Positions 56,183-64,000 of a stretch of 64,000 nt of DNA are shown here, one piece after another. Under the pieces are notes generated by a model that saw only the letters and a program-made list of their open reading frames with translations, did not search any database and was not told the origin of the DNA. Both the position numbers and the translations under genes were made by a program. Position 1 is the stretch's first letter, and every line of letters begins with the position of its first letter. This DNA comes from Nanobdellota archaeon (GTDB lineage: Archaea; Nanobdellota; Nanobdellia; Woesearchaeales; WJKV01), in the NCBI GenBank assembly GCA_023133595.1, contig JAGLWF010000001.1, positions 33,693-97,692 on the forward strand, read 5' to 3'.

Positions 56183-57301
56183 ATGAAAGCTTCAATAACA
56201 GGCCTGGAACTGCACTATCTTGTCCAAGAGTTGCAGAAACTAAAAGATGCTAGAGTAGACAAGGTGTACCAGCCAGAGAAAAAAGAGCTGCTTATTGCCT
56301 TCCATGTCTCTGGAAAAGGCAAGCATCTATTGAAGATCGTGGCTGGCAAACACCTCTATCTTACTAATTACAAGGATGTTCCTCAGGAACCTACCAGTTT
56401 CTGCATGTTTCTTAGAAAGCAATTGGGAAATTCGCGCCTGAGAACAATCGAACAGTTGGGAGAGGAGCGTATTGTCAAGCTGGCTTTTCAAGGTGCTGAT
56501 GATAAAATCCTTTACATCGAGCTGTTTGGCAAAGGCAATATCATATTGTGCGATTCCCGGGATGTGATCCTTGGAGTCGAGCAGATGCAGAAATGGAAGG
56601 ACAGGATATTGAAGAAAAGTGAAAAGTACAAATATCCGAAAAAAGCATTCCTTTTTTCAAAAGTATCAAAGAAAATGATCCTGGAGATCGCAGAAAAGAA
56701 TATTGAAAGTATTGTCAAGGCATTGGCTACATCTCTTGGGTTAGGCGGGGTATATGCAGAGGAAGTTTGCTTGCTGGCAAAGATTGACAAGAAGACTAAA
56801 TGCAAGGATATTAGTGACAAAGAAGCAAAAACTATTGCGTCTGCTGTGAAAGATATCGTCTCAAAAGAGCTCGATTCAATAGGAATATATGAAGAAGGTG
56901 TGCTTGTAGATGCAACACCATTCCATCTTGAACTGAACAAGGACAAAGAAGAAAAGAAGAGCAAATCATACTGCATGCTATTAGATAAGATATTCACAGA
57001 TATTACTGTTAAATCAAAAGAAAGGGAAGGGACAAAGAAATATGAACAGAAGATTGCAAAGATAAAGAAGATCATTTCTGTGCAGGAGAAAAGAATCTCT
57101 GAACTAAAACAAGAGTATGAGATGAACACAGAAAAAGGCAACAAGCTTTACGAGAATTACCAGCTTATTGATTCTATCTTAAAACAGTTGAACAAAGTAT
57201 GGAAAGAAAAGAAGTTCGAAGAGATCAAAGAAAAACTAAAGAAGCATAAGACAATCAAGAGGATCAAAAGAAAAGGAGAAATTACTGTTGAATTAAAATG
57301 A
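56183..57301 (+). CDS. NFACT-N domain protein (RqcH/NEMF/FbpA-like N-terminal domain) with a coiled-coil C-terminus; short form
   Basis: MKASITGLELHYLVQELQ...VDKVYQP.KKELLIAFH...HLYLTNY matches the NFACT-N pattern. 372 aa, so the central and C-terminal NFACT domains are missing. Confidence 0.5.
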   Translation: MKASITGLELHYLVQELQKLKDARVDKVYQPEKKELLIAFHVSGKGKHLLKIVAGKHLYLTNYKDVPQEPTSFCMFLRKQLGNSRLRTIEQLGEERIVKLAFQGADDKILYIELFGKGNIILCDSRDVILGVEQMQKWKDRILKKSEKYKYPKKAFLFSKVSKKMILEIAEKNIESIVKALATSLGLGGVYAEEVCLLAKIDKKTKCKDISDKEAKTIASAVKDIVSKELDSIGIYEEGVLVDATPFHLELNKDKEEKKSKSYCMLLDKIFTDITVKSKEREGTKKYEQKIAKIKKIISVQEKRISELKQEYEMNTEKGNKLYENYQLIDSILKQLNKVWKEKKFEEIKEKLKKHKTIKRIKRKGEITVELK

Positions 57302-58170
57302 ATCTAAAAAAGAGGCATGAATTCTTAGGGGGGAAATTTGTAAGATTACAATTGCCCAACACTATCAGGATCAATACATTAAAGCTCGACGAGAAAAAGA
57401 TAATCCAAAGATTGAAGGAAAGAAAAATCAAACTGAAAAAAGTTTCCTATTTAGACCATGGTTATATCGCAGAAGCAAAGTTCTCTGTTGGTTCGACACA
57501 GGAATATCTTCAGGGCTATTATTATCTTCAACAGAAAGCACCCCAGCTGCCAGCCCAGATATTAAATCCAGAAGCAGGCGATCTTGCGATTGATATGTGC
57601 GCGAGTCCTGGCGGAAAGACAACACAGATTGCGCAGCTGATGAAGAACAAAGGAAAGATAATTGCTCTAGATATTGGAAAACGGACTGAAAAGCTTGCGC
57701 AGAACATCGAAAGAATGGGCGCTTCTAATGTCATGGTCTATAAAAGAGATGCCCGTTTCTTTGAACTGCCAGATAAATCAAAGGCAGACAAGATCTTGCT
57801 CGATGCTCCATGCTCTGGAAATTTTGTGATTGAAAAGGATTGGTACAAAAAGAGGACTGTAGATGATGTCAAAGCTTGTGCGCGTACGCAGAAAGAACTA
57901 CTGACTGCAGCAATAGACAATCTGAAGAAAGGAGGGATATTAGTTTACAGCACATGCTCTCTAGAACCAGAAGAAAATGAACTTATCATTGACTGGGCTC
58001 TTTCTGAATTTAAGGTTTCTCTGGAAAAAATCAATCTAAACATTGGAGATCCTGGATTGATAGAATTTGAAGGAGAAAAATTGAATCCAGAAATCAAGAA
58101 ATGCGAACGTTTTTGGCCTCATAAAACAGGAACACAAGGTTTCTTTATCGCGAAGATAAAAAAGAAATAG
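57298..58170 (+). CDS. NOL1/NOP2/Sun-family RNA cytosine-C5 methyltransferase
   Basis: Motifs DMCASPGGKT, LLDAPCSG, YSTCSLEPEENE. Confidence 0.8.
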   Translation: MNLKKRHEFLGGKFVRLQLPNTIRINTLKLDEKKIIQRLKERKIKLKKVSYLDHGYIAEAKFSVGSTQEYLQGYYYLQQKAPQLPAQILNPEAGDLAIDMCASPGGKTTQIAQLMKNKGKIIALDIGKRTEKLAQNIERMGASNVMVYKRDARFFELPDKSKADKILLDAPCSGNFVIEKDWYKKRTVDDVKACARTQKELLTAAIDNLKKGGILVYSTCSLEPEENELIIDWALSEFKVSLEKINLNIGDPGLIEFEGEKLNPEIKKCERFWPHKTGTQGFFIAKIKKK

Positions 58171-58175
58171 AAAAT

Positions 58176-58931
58176 CTATTTTCTTAATACAAATATCATG
58201 TCACTTCCTATTTTTGGAAACCAGTCTCCCAAGCGAATCGCTATCTCTTTCAAAAATTTAGGAGCAAATCTTGATCTCATTGGAAAAGTGACATTGGAAG
58301 TTACAATCGAGATGATATTTAATTTATACTCCTTAAGCTGCTGTTTCAGTATCGGGACTGTATAAGCTCTGATGTGACCTGCTCCGCCAGGTATGCGATA
58401 TTCAGGGACAAAATTCGGATATTTTCCAAACAATATCCTAACACGGTTTGTCAGAGAAACCAGGTTTGGGGTTGTCAAGATTAAGATCCCTCCTTTTCTT
58501 AATACTCTTTTCAGTTCTGAAATGAAAAAGTCAGTGTCATACAGATGCTCGATTACTTCAGATGCCAGAACTAGATCAAAAGACCCGTCGGGATACGGTA
58601 TGGCTTTCTCAAGATTATGCACTTTAGCCTTGACACCCCTATTATTGGCTGATTTAACTGCATTTTTAGAGATATCAATACCATGCGTCTCAAATCCAAA
58701 GTCTTTTTTTAATTTTGCAGAAAAAGAACCATCAGCACATGCGACATCTAAGGTTTTTTGAAATCTATATTTTCTATTTAATCTTCTAATGATCCTATAG
58801 ATCTTAAAGATGTAGTATTTATGCTTGTCAAACGCACGATATTCTGAATATCTTTTATCCTGGTCAGTCTCAGCATTGATAGCTTTCTTCATATGTTCAG
58901 CAAAAAATATCCAATTAATAAATATATTCAT
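58176..58931 (-). CDS. Class I SAM-dependent methyltransferase (start uncertain: 58931 or 58892)
   Basis: LDVACADGSF (motif I), GIDIS, and LVLASEVIEHL (type-11 MTase-like). The ORF-track start (58970) would overlap the 5S rRNA. Confidence 0.6.
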   Translation of the reverse strand: MNIFINWIFFAEHMKKAINAETDQDKRYSEYRAFDKHKYYIFKIYRIIRRLNRKYRFQKTLDVACADGSFSAKLKKDFGFETHGIDISKNAVKSANNRGVKAKVHNLEKAIPYPDGSFDLVLASEVIEHLYDTDFFISELKRVLRKGGILILTTPNLVSLTNRVRILFGKYPNFVPEYRIPGGAGHIRAYTVPILKQQLKEYKLNIISIVTSNVTFPMRSRFAPKFLKEIAIRLGDWFPKIGSDMIFVLRK

Positions 58932-58944
58932 TAGAAAATAAAGG

Positions 58945-59057
58945 TGGACAGTTTTCCTAGTTTCCCGCATATAAATGCAGTACAGCTAAAAACGGTAACC
59001 TGCTTAACTTCCGAGTTCGAAATGGGATCGGGTGAACCAGGTCCCTATGACCGTCCA
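58945..59057 (-). rRNA. 5S ribosomal RNA (stand-alone, ~113 nt)
   Basis: The minus strand reads ...CCCGAUCCCAUUUCGAACUCGGAAGUUAAGC..., the universal 5S loop C/helix III core. Terminal helix I UGGACGGU/ACUGUCCA. Confidence 0.75.
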
Positions 59058-59102
59058 TATCGAGATATCTAAGAGGTATTTATAAAGGTTTTGGATATAA
59101 AC

Positions 59103-60083
59103 CTAATGGCCAATACAATTCTTACATAACGGGATCTTATCCTTTTGCCCTGTCAGAAGGCATCTTATCATCTTTTTTCTTATCGGAGATCTATAGATTG
59201 AATAAAGATCCTGTTCTGAAAGATTCCCAACAACCCCTTTAGAATTTAAGTCTGCACAGCAAACAGTCACATCCCCATTAGGTAATATGACCAAACTATG
59301 CATTAGGAAGTAACAACCATAGTATTTATACCTCATCTTTCGAAATTTATCAGAAATATCCAATTTCTGTTCTCCATTAAAATCATGAGGATATCTCAGT
59401 TCATAAGTATCAACCAGGTTGAGTAAATTTCTAAATTCTTCTGACATCCAGCTTGTATTGAGTTTTTTTTCATAATCAATTATGCAGATTATATCTGTTT
59501 TTGTTCTACCATGGCTCATTTCCTGAAAATTAGAAATATTTTTGAAGATCATATCCCATTTTGCGCCCCTGCGGATTTCTTCGAATGTTTCTCGTGAACC
59601 TCCATCGATACTGAATCTCATTACATCTATAACATTTAGATTGAGTATATCCCTTGCGATTTTTTTATCCAAAAGCACTCCATTAGTCAATAAAACTATT
59701 TTTGGGAAATATACCCTTTTATTATGTGCAATCTCTTTGTATTCTTTTATTATTTTCAGCATCCCAATCAGATTAGGGTGAAGTAAAATTTCTCCGCCAT
59801 TCCATAAATAAAGAAATTCAACTTTTCTAAATCGATTATCAGAGATAAGATTATTTAAAAATTTATGAAGTAAACCCTCACTCATAATCTCTTTTTTTTT
59901 TGAATGATCCAATGTACACCATTTACATCTCAGATTACAGAAACTAACAAATTCTAAATTGATTTCTTTAATACCAGAAGGAGTAAATATTTTAGATGAA
60001 CGATGTAAGAATTCTAAAGATTTTTTTAAAGTAGAGCCTCTGGGGATTTTCTTATTGATTAGATCTCTGACTCTCTTTCGCAT
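59103..60083 (-). CDS. Radical SAM protein with a C-terminal Cys-rich SPASM/twitch-like region
   Basis: CNLRCKWC CxxxCxxC cluster. C-terminal CCADLN...C..C...CKNC. Confidence 0.65.
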   Translation of the reverse strand: MRKRVRDLINKKIPRGSTLKKSLEFLHRSSKIFTPSGIKEINLEFVSFCNLRCKWCTLDHSKKKEIMSEGLLHKFLNNLISDNRFRKVEFLYLWNGGEILLHPNLIGMLKIIKEYKEIAHNKRVYFPKIVLLTNGVLLDKKIARDILNLNVIDVMRFSIDGGSRETFEEIRRGAKWDMIFKNISNFQEMSHGRTKTDIICIIDYEKKLNTSWMSEEFRNLLNLVDTYELRYPHDFNGEQKLDISDKFRKMRYKYYGCYFLMHSLVILPNGDVTVCCADLNSKGVVGNLSEQDLYSIYRSPIRKKMIRCLLTGQKDKIPLCKNCIGH

Positions 60084-60169
60084 TTTTGTATATGCCTTGA
60101 TGGAATTTATAAATCTTTTGATATATAATTTAATAATCTTTATAAATAATGTCTTATTGAAAGGAAATA

Positions 60170-61663
60170 ATGTCTAACTATACAAAACGTGCAATAAAAG
60201 GGAGCATGATTGTTCTAATAATGAATCTTCTAGCAGCTGTTGTGGCATATGCTACCCGGATGATTCTTGCTCGTAGCCTCACAGTGACTGAATTTGGATT
60301 ATTCTATGCAGTGTTCTCTCTTCTTGGATTTTTGCTGGTCTTCAAAGACCTGGGGATGAGCCAGGCAATGCTTCGTTTTATTCCGCGACTAGAAGTCAGG
60401 AAGAAACGAAGTGATATCAAAACATACATAACAACTGCATCTGCTGTCCAGTTAATTTCTTCTGGCGCCATAGCTATTGTTTTGATACTTATTTCTGGAT
60501 TTCTTGCTGAAAATTATTTTCATAATTCAAAAGCAAAATGGGTCCTTATTATTCTTGCAATTGGATACTGGATTTCATCACTCGATAATCTATTAGGAAT
60601 AATCTTTCAAGGATTCCAAAGATTTTTCATTTACACCTTACACAATCTGATAAGAAACATCATAATTCTTTCAATGATTATTATATTCTTATTCCTGGGC
60701 TATAATGTGCTTGCACCAAGTCTGGCAAATCTTTTTGTCTTTTTCATCACTATACTTATTTTTGGGTTTGTATTTGTAAAATATGTCTTCAAAGACTATT
60801 TCAAGCATAAGTTTAAGGTTTCTTCAAAATCCTTTAAACACTTGATGTGGTTTGGAATACCAAGCACCTTCATGGTCCTAGGACAATCTCTTATATTGTA
60901 TACAGATTCTGTGACAATTACTTACTTTATAGATTTGAATGCTGTTGCATTATATAACGTAGCCATTCCTATTGCAACATTAATATTATATGTTGCACAT
61001 TCATTGGGAGCGGTTTTATTTCCCTTCAGTTCCGAATTATGGGCGAAAAAACAGATTCAGACACTGAGGCATGGAATTAAACTAATCCACAAATATGTTC
61101 TGGCAATAATCATTCCACTGGCTTTGACTGTTTTTGTCTTCCCAGAAATTGTCATAAATATCTTCTTCGGGCAAAATTATATAGGAGCTGCACCAGCCTT
61201 GCAAATCCTCTCTATTGGGATTATCATCTATACAATTGCTCATCTTAACATCTGCATGCTGCTTGCGATCGGAAAACCAAGGACAAATATGTGGATCATA
61301 CTGAGTGCTGCGATCTTAAATCTAATTTTAAACATAATCCTTATTCAATTCTTTGGAATTATTGGAGCTGCACTGGCAACCAGCATATGCTATCTGATAA
61401 TTTTTATCTTATCTAACGCATATCTCAATAAATTAGTACAGGTCAAGTTTGATATAAAGAATATAATCAAGTTCTTTTTCGCTGGTGTTATTTTTGTCCT
61501 TATAATCGATGCAATAAAGAGATATTTGGTTCTTCATTATCTGATCGAATTGAGCATATGCATTATAATTGGATTAATTGTTTATTGCTTAATTATATTT
61601 ATCCTTAAAGCAGTGAGTATGCATGAAATTTTGGATATGAAGAAGAAATTTTTCAAGAAGTGA
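60170..61663 (+). CDS. wzx: Polysaccharide/oligosaccharide flippase (Wzx/MOP superfamily)
   Basis: 497 aa with about 12-14 TM helices. N-terminal motif typical of polysaccharide biosynthesis protein family members. Confidence 0.65.
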   Translation: MSNYTKRAIKGSMIVLIMNLLAAVVAYATRMILARSLTVTEFGLFYAVFSLLGFLLVFKDLGMSQAMLRFIPRLEVRKKRSDIKTYITTASAVQLISSGAIAIVLILISGFLAENYFHNSKAKWVLIILAIGYWISSLDNLLGIIFQGFQRFFIYTLHNLIRNIIILSMIIIFLFLGYNVLAPSLANLFVFFITILIFGFVFVKYVFKDYFKHKFKVSSKSFKHLMWFGIPSTFMVLGQSLILYTDSVTITYFIDLNAVALYNVAIPIATLILYVAHSLGAVLFPFSSELWAKKQIQTLRHGIKLIHKYVLAIIIPLALTVFVFPEIVINIFFGQNYIGAAPALQILSIGIIIYTIAHLNICMLLAIGKPRTNMWIILSAAILNLILNIILIQFFGIIGAALATSICYLIIFILSNAYLNKLVQVKFDIKNIIKFFFAGVIFVLIIDAIKRYLVLHYLIELSICIIIGLIVYCLIIFILKAVSMHEILDMKKKFFKK

Positions 61664-61665
61664 TC

Positions 61666-62427
61666 TTATACCAGCTGTCTTTTCTTTAATTTTATTTTCG
61701 AAACTTTCAACCATACAACAAGATTATATACTGATGAGGATAGTGCAATCCGCCATTTATGATATCTACCCAGATCCAATCCAAAATATAATCCAAACCA
61801 AATAAATGCTTTGAAAAAATAAGGTATTGCTCCTCTTTTTGCTATGTTCTTATCACATAAGTATTTCGAATGTGCGTCAGACCATGTTTTGATCTTTCGT
61901 GTCATATATTTCCAAGTAAAACAATCTTGGGGTTGTATATGAACTAATTCGTAATCTACATTTAGAACCTTGCCATTCAGTTTAACACCTTCATGAGGGA
62001 TTCCCAAAAATGGTTTTAGTTCATCCTTTCTAAAGAAACATAATTTTGGTTCATAAAGATGCTTGCCTTTATAGCAATAAGTATCCCATTTGCACCCATA
62101 TCCGACAATGCCCTCCTTGTTATCAGCCATTTTCCTTAAATTTGCTCTTAATTCAGGAGAAAGATGTTCATCAGGATCGATCTGCAAGATCCAATCACCA
62201 GTAGCTGCTGCAAATGAAAAACCTCTATGAGGTTCAGCATTCCCAATGCGCTCTCTTTCATAGATTTTAGCACCATATTCCCTGGCAATGTTCAAGGTAT
62301 TATCCTGGCATTTTCCATCATGGACAAGAATAATTTCGTCTACTACATCTTTGAAGCTCTCGATACTGTTTCGGATAAATTTCTCTTCATGATAGACTGC
62401 GAGACATGCTGAAATTTTTGGCTTCAT
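61666..62427 (-). CDS. Family 2 glycosyltransferase
   Basis: ISACLAVYHEEKFI...LVHDG...DPDE (DxD-type) pattern. Confidence 0.65.
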   Translation of the reverse strand: MKPKISACLAVYHEEKFIRNSIESFKDVVDEIILVHDGKCQDNTLNIAREYGAKIYERERIGNAEPHRGFSFAAATGDWILQIDPDEHLSPELRANLRKMADNKEGIVGYGCKWDTYCYKGKHLYEPKLCFFRKDELKPFLGIPHEGVKLNGKVLNVDYELVHIQPQDCFTWKYMTRKIKTWSDAHSKYLCDKNIAKRGAIPYFFKAFIWFGLYFGLDLGRYHKWRIALSSSVYNLVVWLKVSKIKLKKRQLV

Positions 62428-62529
62428 TTTAATTCAAAAATAAATGTTGTATTTATATATGTTTCGTTTAAATAGGTGAACACAAGATATTTATAATCAA
62501 AGCAATTCCGCTGCAAAAGGTGATGCAAA

Positions 62530-63255
62530 ATGAAAGGAGTGATATTAGCTGGGGGAACTGCTACGAGGCTAGCCCCTTGTACAGATGTTACAAATAAACA
62601 TCTTTTACCTGTTTATAACAAACCAATGATCTATTTTCCACTGGAGACTTTGATCAGCGGCGGGATCAGAGATATTATGATTGTCTCTGGAAAAGATCAT
62701 GCTGGAGATTTTGCAAAACTGCTGGCTTCTGGACAAGAGTTCGGCGTGAACTTGAGCTATAGAGTGCAGGAAGAAGCAGGAGGGATTGCGCAAGCACTAT
62801 CCTTAGCTGGAGACTTTGCTGATGACGATGGCATTACTGTCATTCTTGGAGATAACATCTTTGAAGATGAGATACGTCTACACGTTCAAGCATTCAAAAT
62901 ACAAGGTGACGGAGCAAGGATCTTCCTAAAAGAAGTTAATATGGAGTCTGCACGCCGTTTTGGGATTGCAGTTGTGGAAGGGGATAGAGTAACTTATGTC
63001 GAGGAAAAACCAGAAAATCCTAAATCAAACCTTGCAATGACTGGATTGTACATGTTTGATAAAAATATCTTTCATTTTATCAAAGATCTTAAACCTTCTG
63101 AGAGAGGAGAATTTGAGATCACAGATGCTATCGACATTTATTGCCAAGCAGGAACTTTAGGGTACAACATGATCCAGGGCTTCTGGTCAGATGCAGGGAC
63201 ATTTGAAAGTCTTTACAGGGCATCTACATTGGTAAAAGAAAAAAAATCAAAGTAA
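62530..63255 (+). CDS. Sugar-phosphate nucleotidyltransferase (RmlA/glucose-1-phosphate thymidylyltransferase-like, short form)
   Basis: N-terminus MKGVILAGGTATRLAP...NKHLLPVYNKPMIYFPLE, the G-x-G-T-R-L signature. Confidence 0.7.
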   Translation: MKGVILAGGTATRLAPCTDVTNKHLLPVYNKPMIYFPLETLISGGIRDIMIVSGKDHAGDFAKLLASGQEFGVNLSYRVQEEAGGIAQALSLAGDFADDDGITVILGDNIFEDEIRLHVQAFKIQGDGARIFLKEVNMESARRFGIAVVEGDRVTYVEEKPENPKSNLAMTGLYMFDKNIFHFIKDLKPSERGEFEITDAIDIYCQAGTLGYNMIQGFWSDAGTFESLYRASTLVKEKKSK

Positions 63256-64000
63256 TTCTTTTATTTTTTCTGCTATCATTATCGCATCTTCATCTGCTAG
63301 AAGAGGATAAATTGGTAGTGTGATGATTTCTCTGACTACTTTCTCTGTTACTGGTAACGAAGATATTTCCCCCCTGTCTCGCATAGCTCTTTGTTGATGA
63401 CAAGCAATTGGATAGTGAATTCCGCAGAAAACATTGTATTTTTTCATTCCTTCAATAATACTGTCTCTTTTATCTGCATCAACCTGGATAACATAAAGAT
63501 GATATACATGCCGGCAACCTTCTCTTTCAACAGGCAACCTTACTGGTGCGTTTCTCAGGCATCGGTTGTATATTTCTGCGATCTCCCTTCTTCTTTGAGT
63601 GAATTCATCAAGCAATTTTAATTGTTCAATGCCGATAGCGCTTGGGATCTCGCCCAGACGATAATTATGCCCCAATATGACATGATTATTGACTCCATCT
63701 TCGCCATGGTTCATCAGCAATCTAGATCTTTTAGCAACTTCTTTACTATTTGTGATTATCATACCACCATCCCCGCAAACAGTCATGTTCTTCGACGGAT
63801 AAAAACTAAAACAACCTGCAACTCCAATAGTTCCAACCTTCCTGCCATTGTATTCTGCGTTATGTGCCTGGCAGCAATCTTCTAACAAGGAAATACTATG
63901 CTCTCTACAGATATCAAGCAAACCTATCAGATCTGCAGGATGTCCATAAATATGAACAGGAAGTACTGCCTTGGTTTTTTCAGTGATCTTTTTCCGAACT
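63247..64000 (-). CDS. DegT/DnrJ/EryC1/StrS-family PLP-dependent sugar aminotransferase; 5' end beyond the window
   Basis: Hand translation continues in frame to the window edge: ...TKAVLPVHIYGHPADLIGLLDICREHSISLLEDCCQAHNAEYNGRKVG...FSFYPSKNM. The ORF-track start is an internal TTG. Confidence 0.75.
   Translation of the reverse strand, partial: VRKKITEKTKAVLPVHIYGHPADLIGLLDICREHSISLLEDCCQAHNAEYNGRKVGTIGVAGCFSFYPSKNMTVCGDGGMIITNSKEVAKRSRLLMNHGEDGVNNHVILGHNYRLGEIPSAIGIEQLKLLDEFTQRRREIAEIYNRCLRNAPVRLPVEREGCRHVYHLYVIQVDADKRDSIIEGMKKYNVFCGIHYPIACHQQRAMRDRGEISSLPVTEKVVREIITLPIYPLLADEDAIMIAEKIKELL

Overview
This window is an AT-rich, gene-dense archaeal chromosome segment. Several independent signals point to an archaeon: GatD/GatE, Cdc48, HerA and Mre11, a FlaI/VirB11-family ATPase carrying an intein, a tRNA with two introns, BRE/TATA promoters that sit about 25 nt ahead of often leaderless start codons, and a stand-alone 5S rRNA.

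The content falls into these blocks:
- Positions 1-11002 hold a minus-strand operon: an intein-containing secretion/pilus-type ATPase, a polytopic membrane protein and a HExxH metalloprotease. Two coiled-coil proteins and four tandem paralogous membrane proteins follow.
- Positions 11035-20732 form a translation block with translin-like, gatC-gatA, an M29-like aminopeptidase, bacterial-type aspS, asnS, a CTP-transferase-family membrane protein and gatB. A TnpB-only IS200/IS605-type element interrupts it.
- Mre11 and HerA lie on the minus strand, split by an opposite-strand gene.
- Two lysine/arginine-rich putative nucleoid proteins are present, plus a 17-codon remnant, and next to one of them an Orc1/Cdc6-like AAA+ ATPase.
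- A SAM methyltransferase / B12-radical-SAM pair and a small GTPase module are present.
- Cdc48, gatD-gatE, thrC and two glycosyltransferase-type genes follow.
- A ~105-nt palindromic-ended element occurs twice, each copy 43-44 nt upstream of a start codon.
- RNA genes are tRNA-Arg(CCU) with two introns, tRNA-Trp and a 5S rRNA; serS is also here.
- A cluster of secreted and surface proteins includes an OMP-like beta-rich protein, a PKET-repeat protein, a PKD protein and two surface-layer-like paralogs.
- A glycan-biosynthesis cluster closes the window with a radical SAM/SPASM protein, Wzx, GT2, an RmlA-like protein and a DegT-family aminotransferase.

The ORF track counts TTG/GTG as starts in places. 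Several starts were moved to a downstream ATG with an SD-like motif or TATA box, by reading the sequence.
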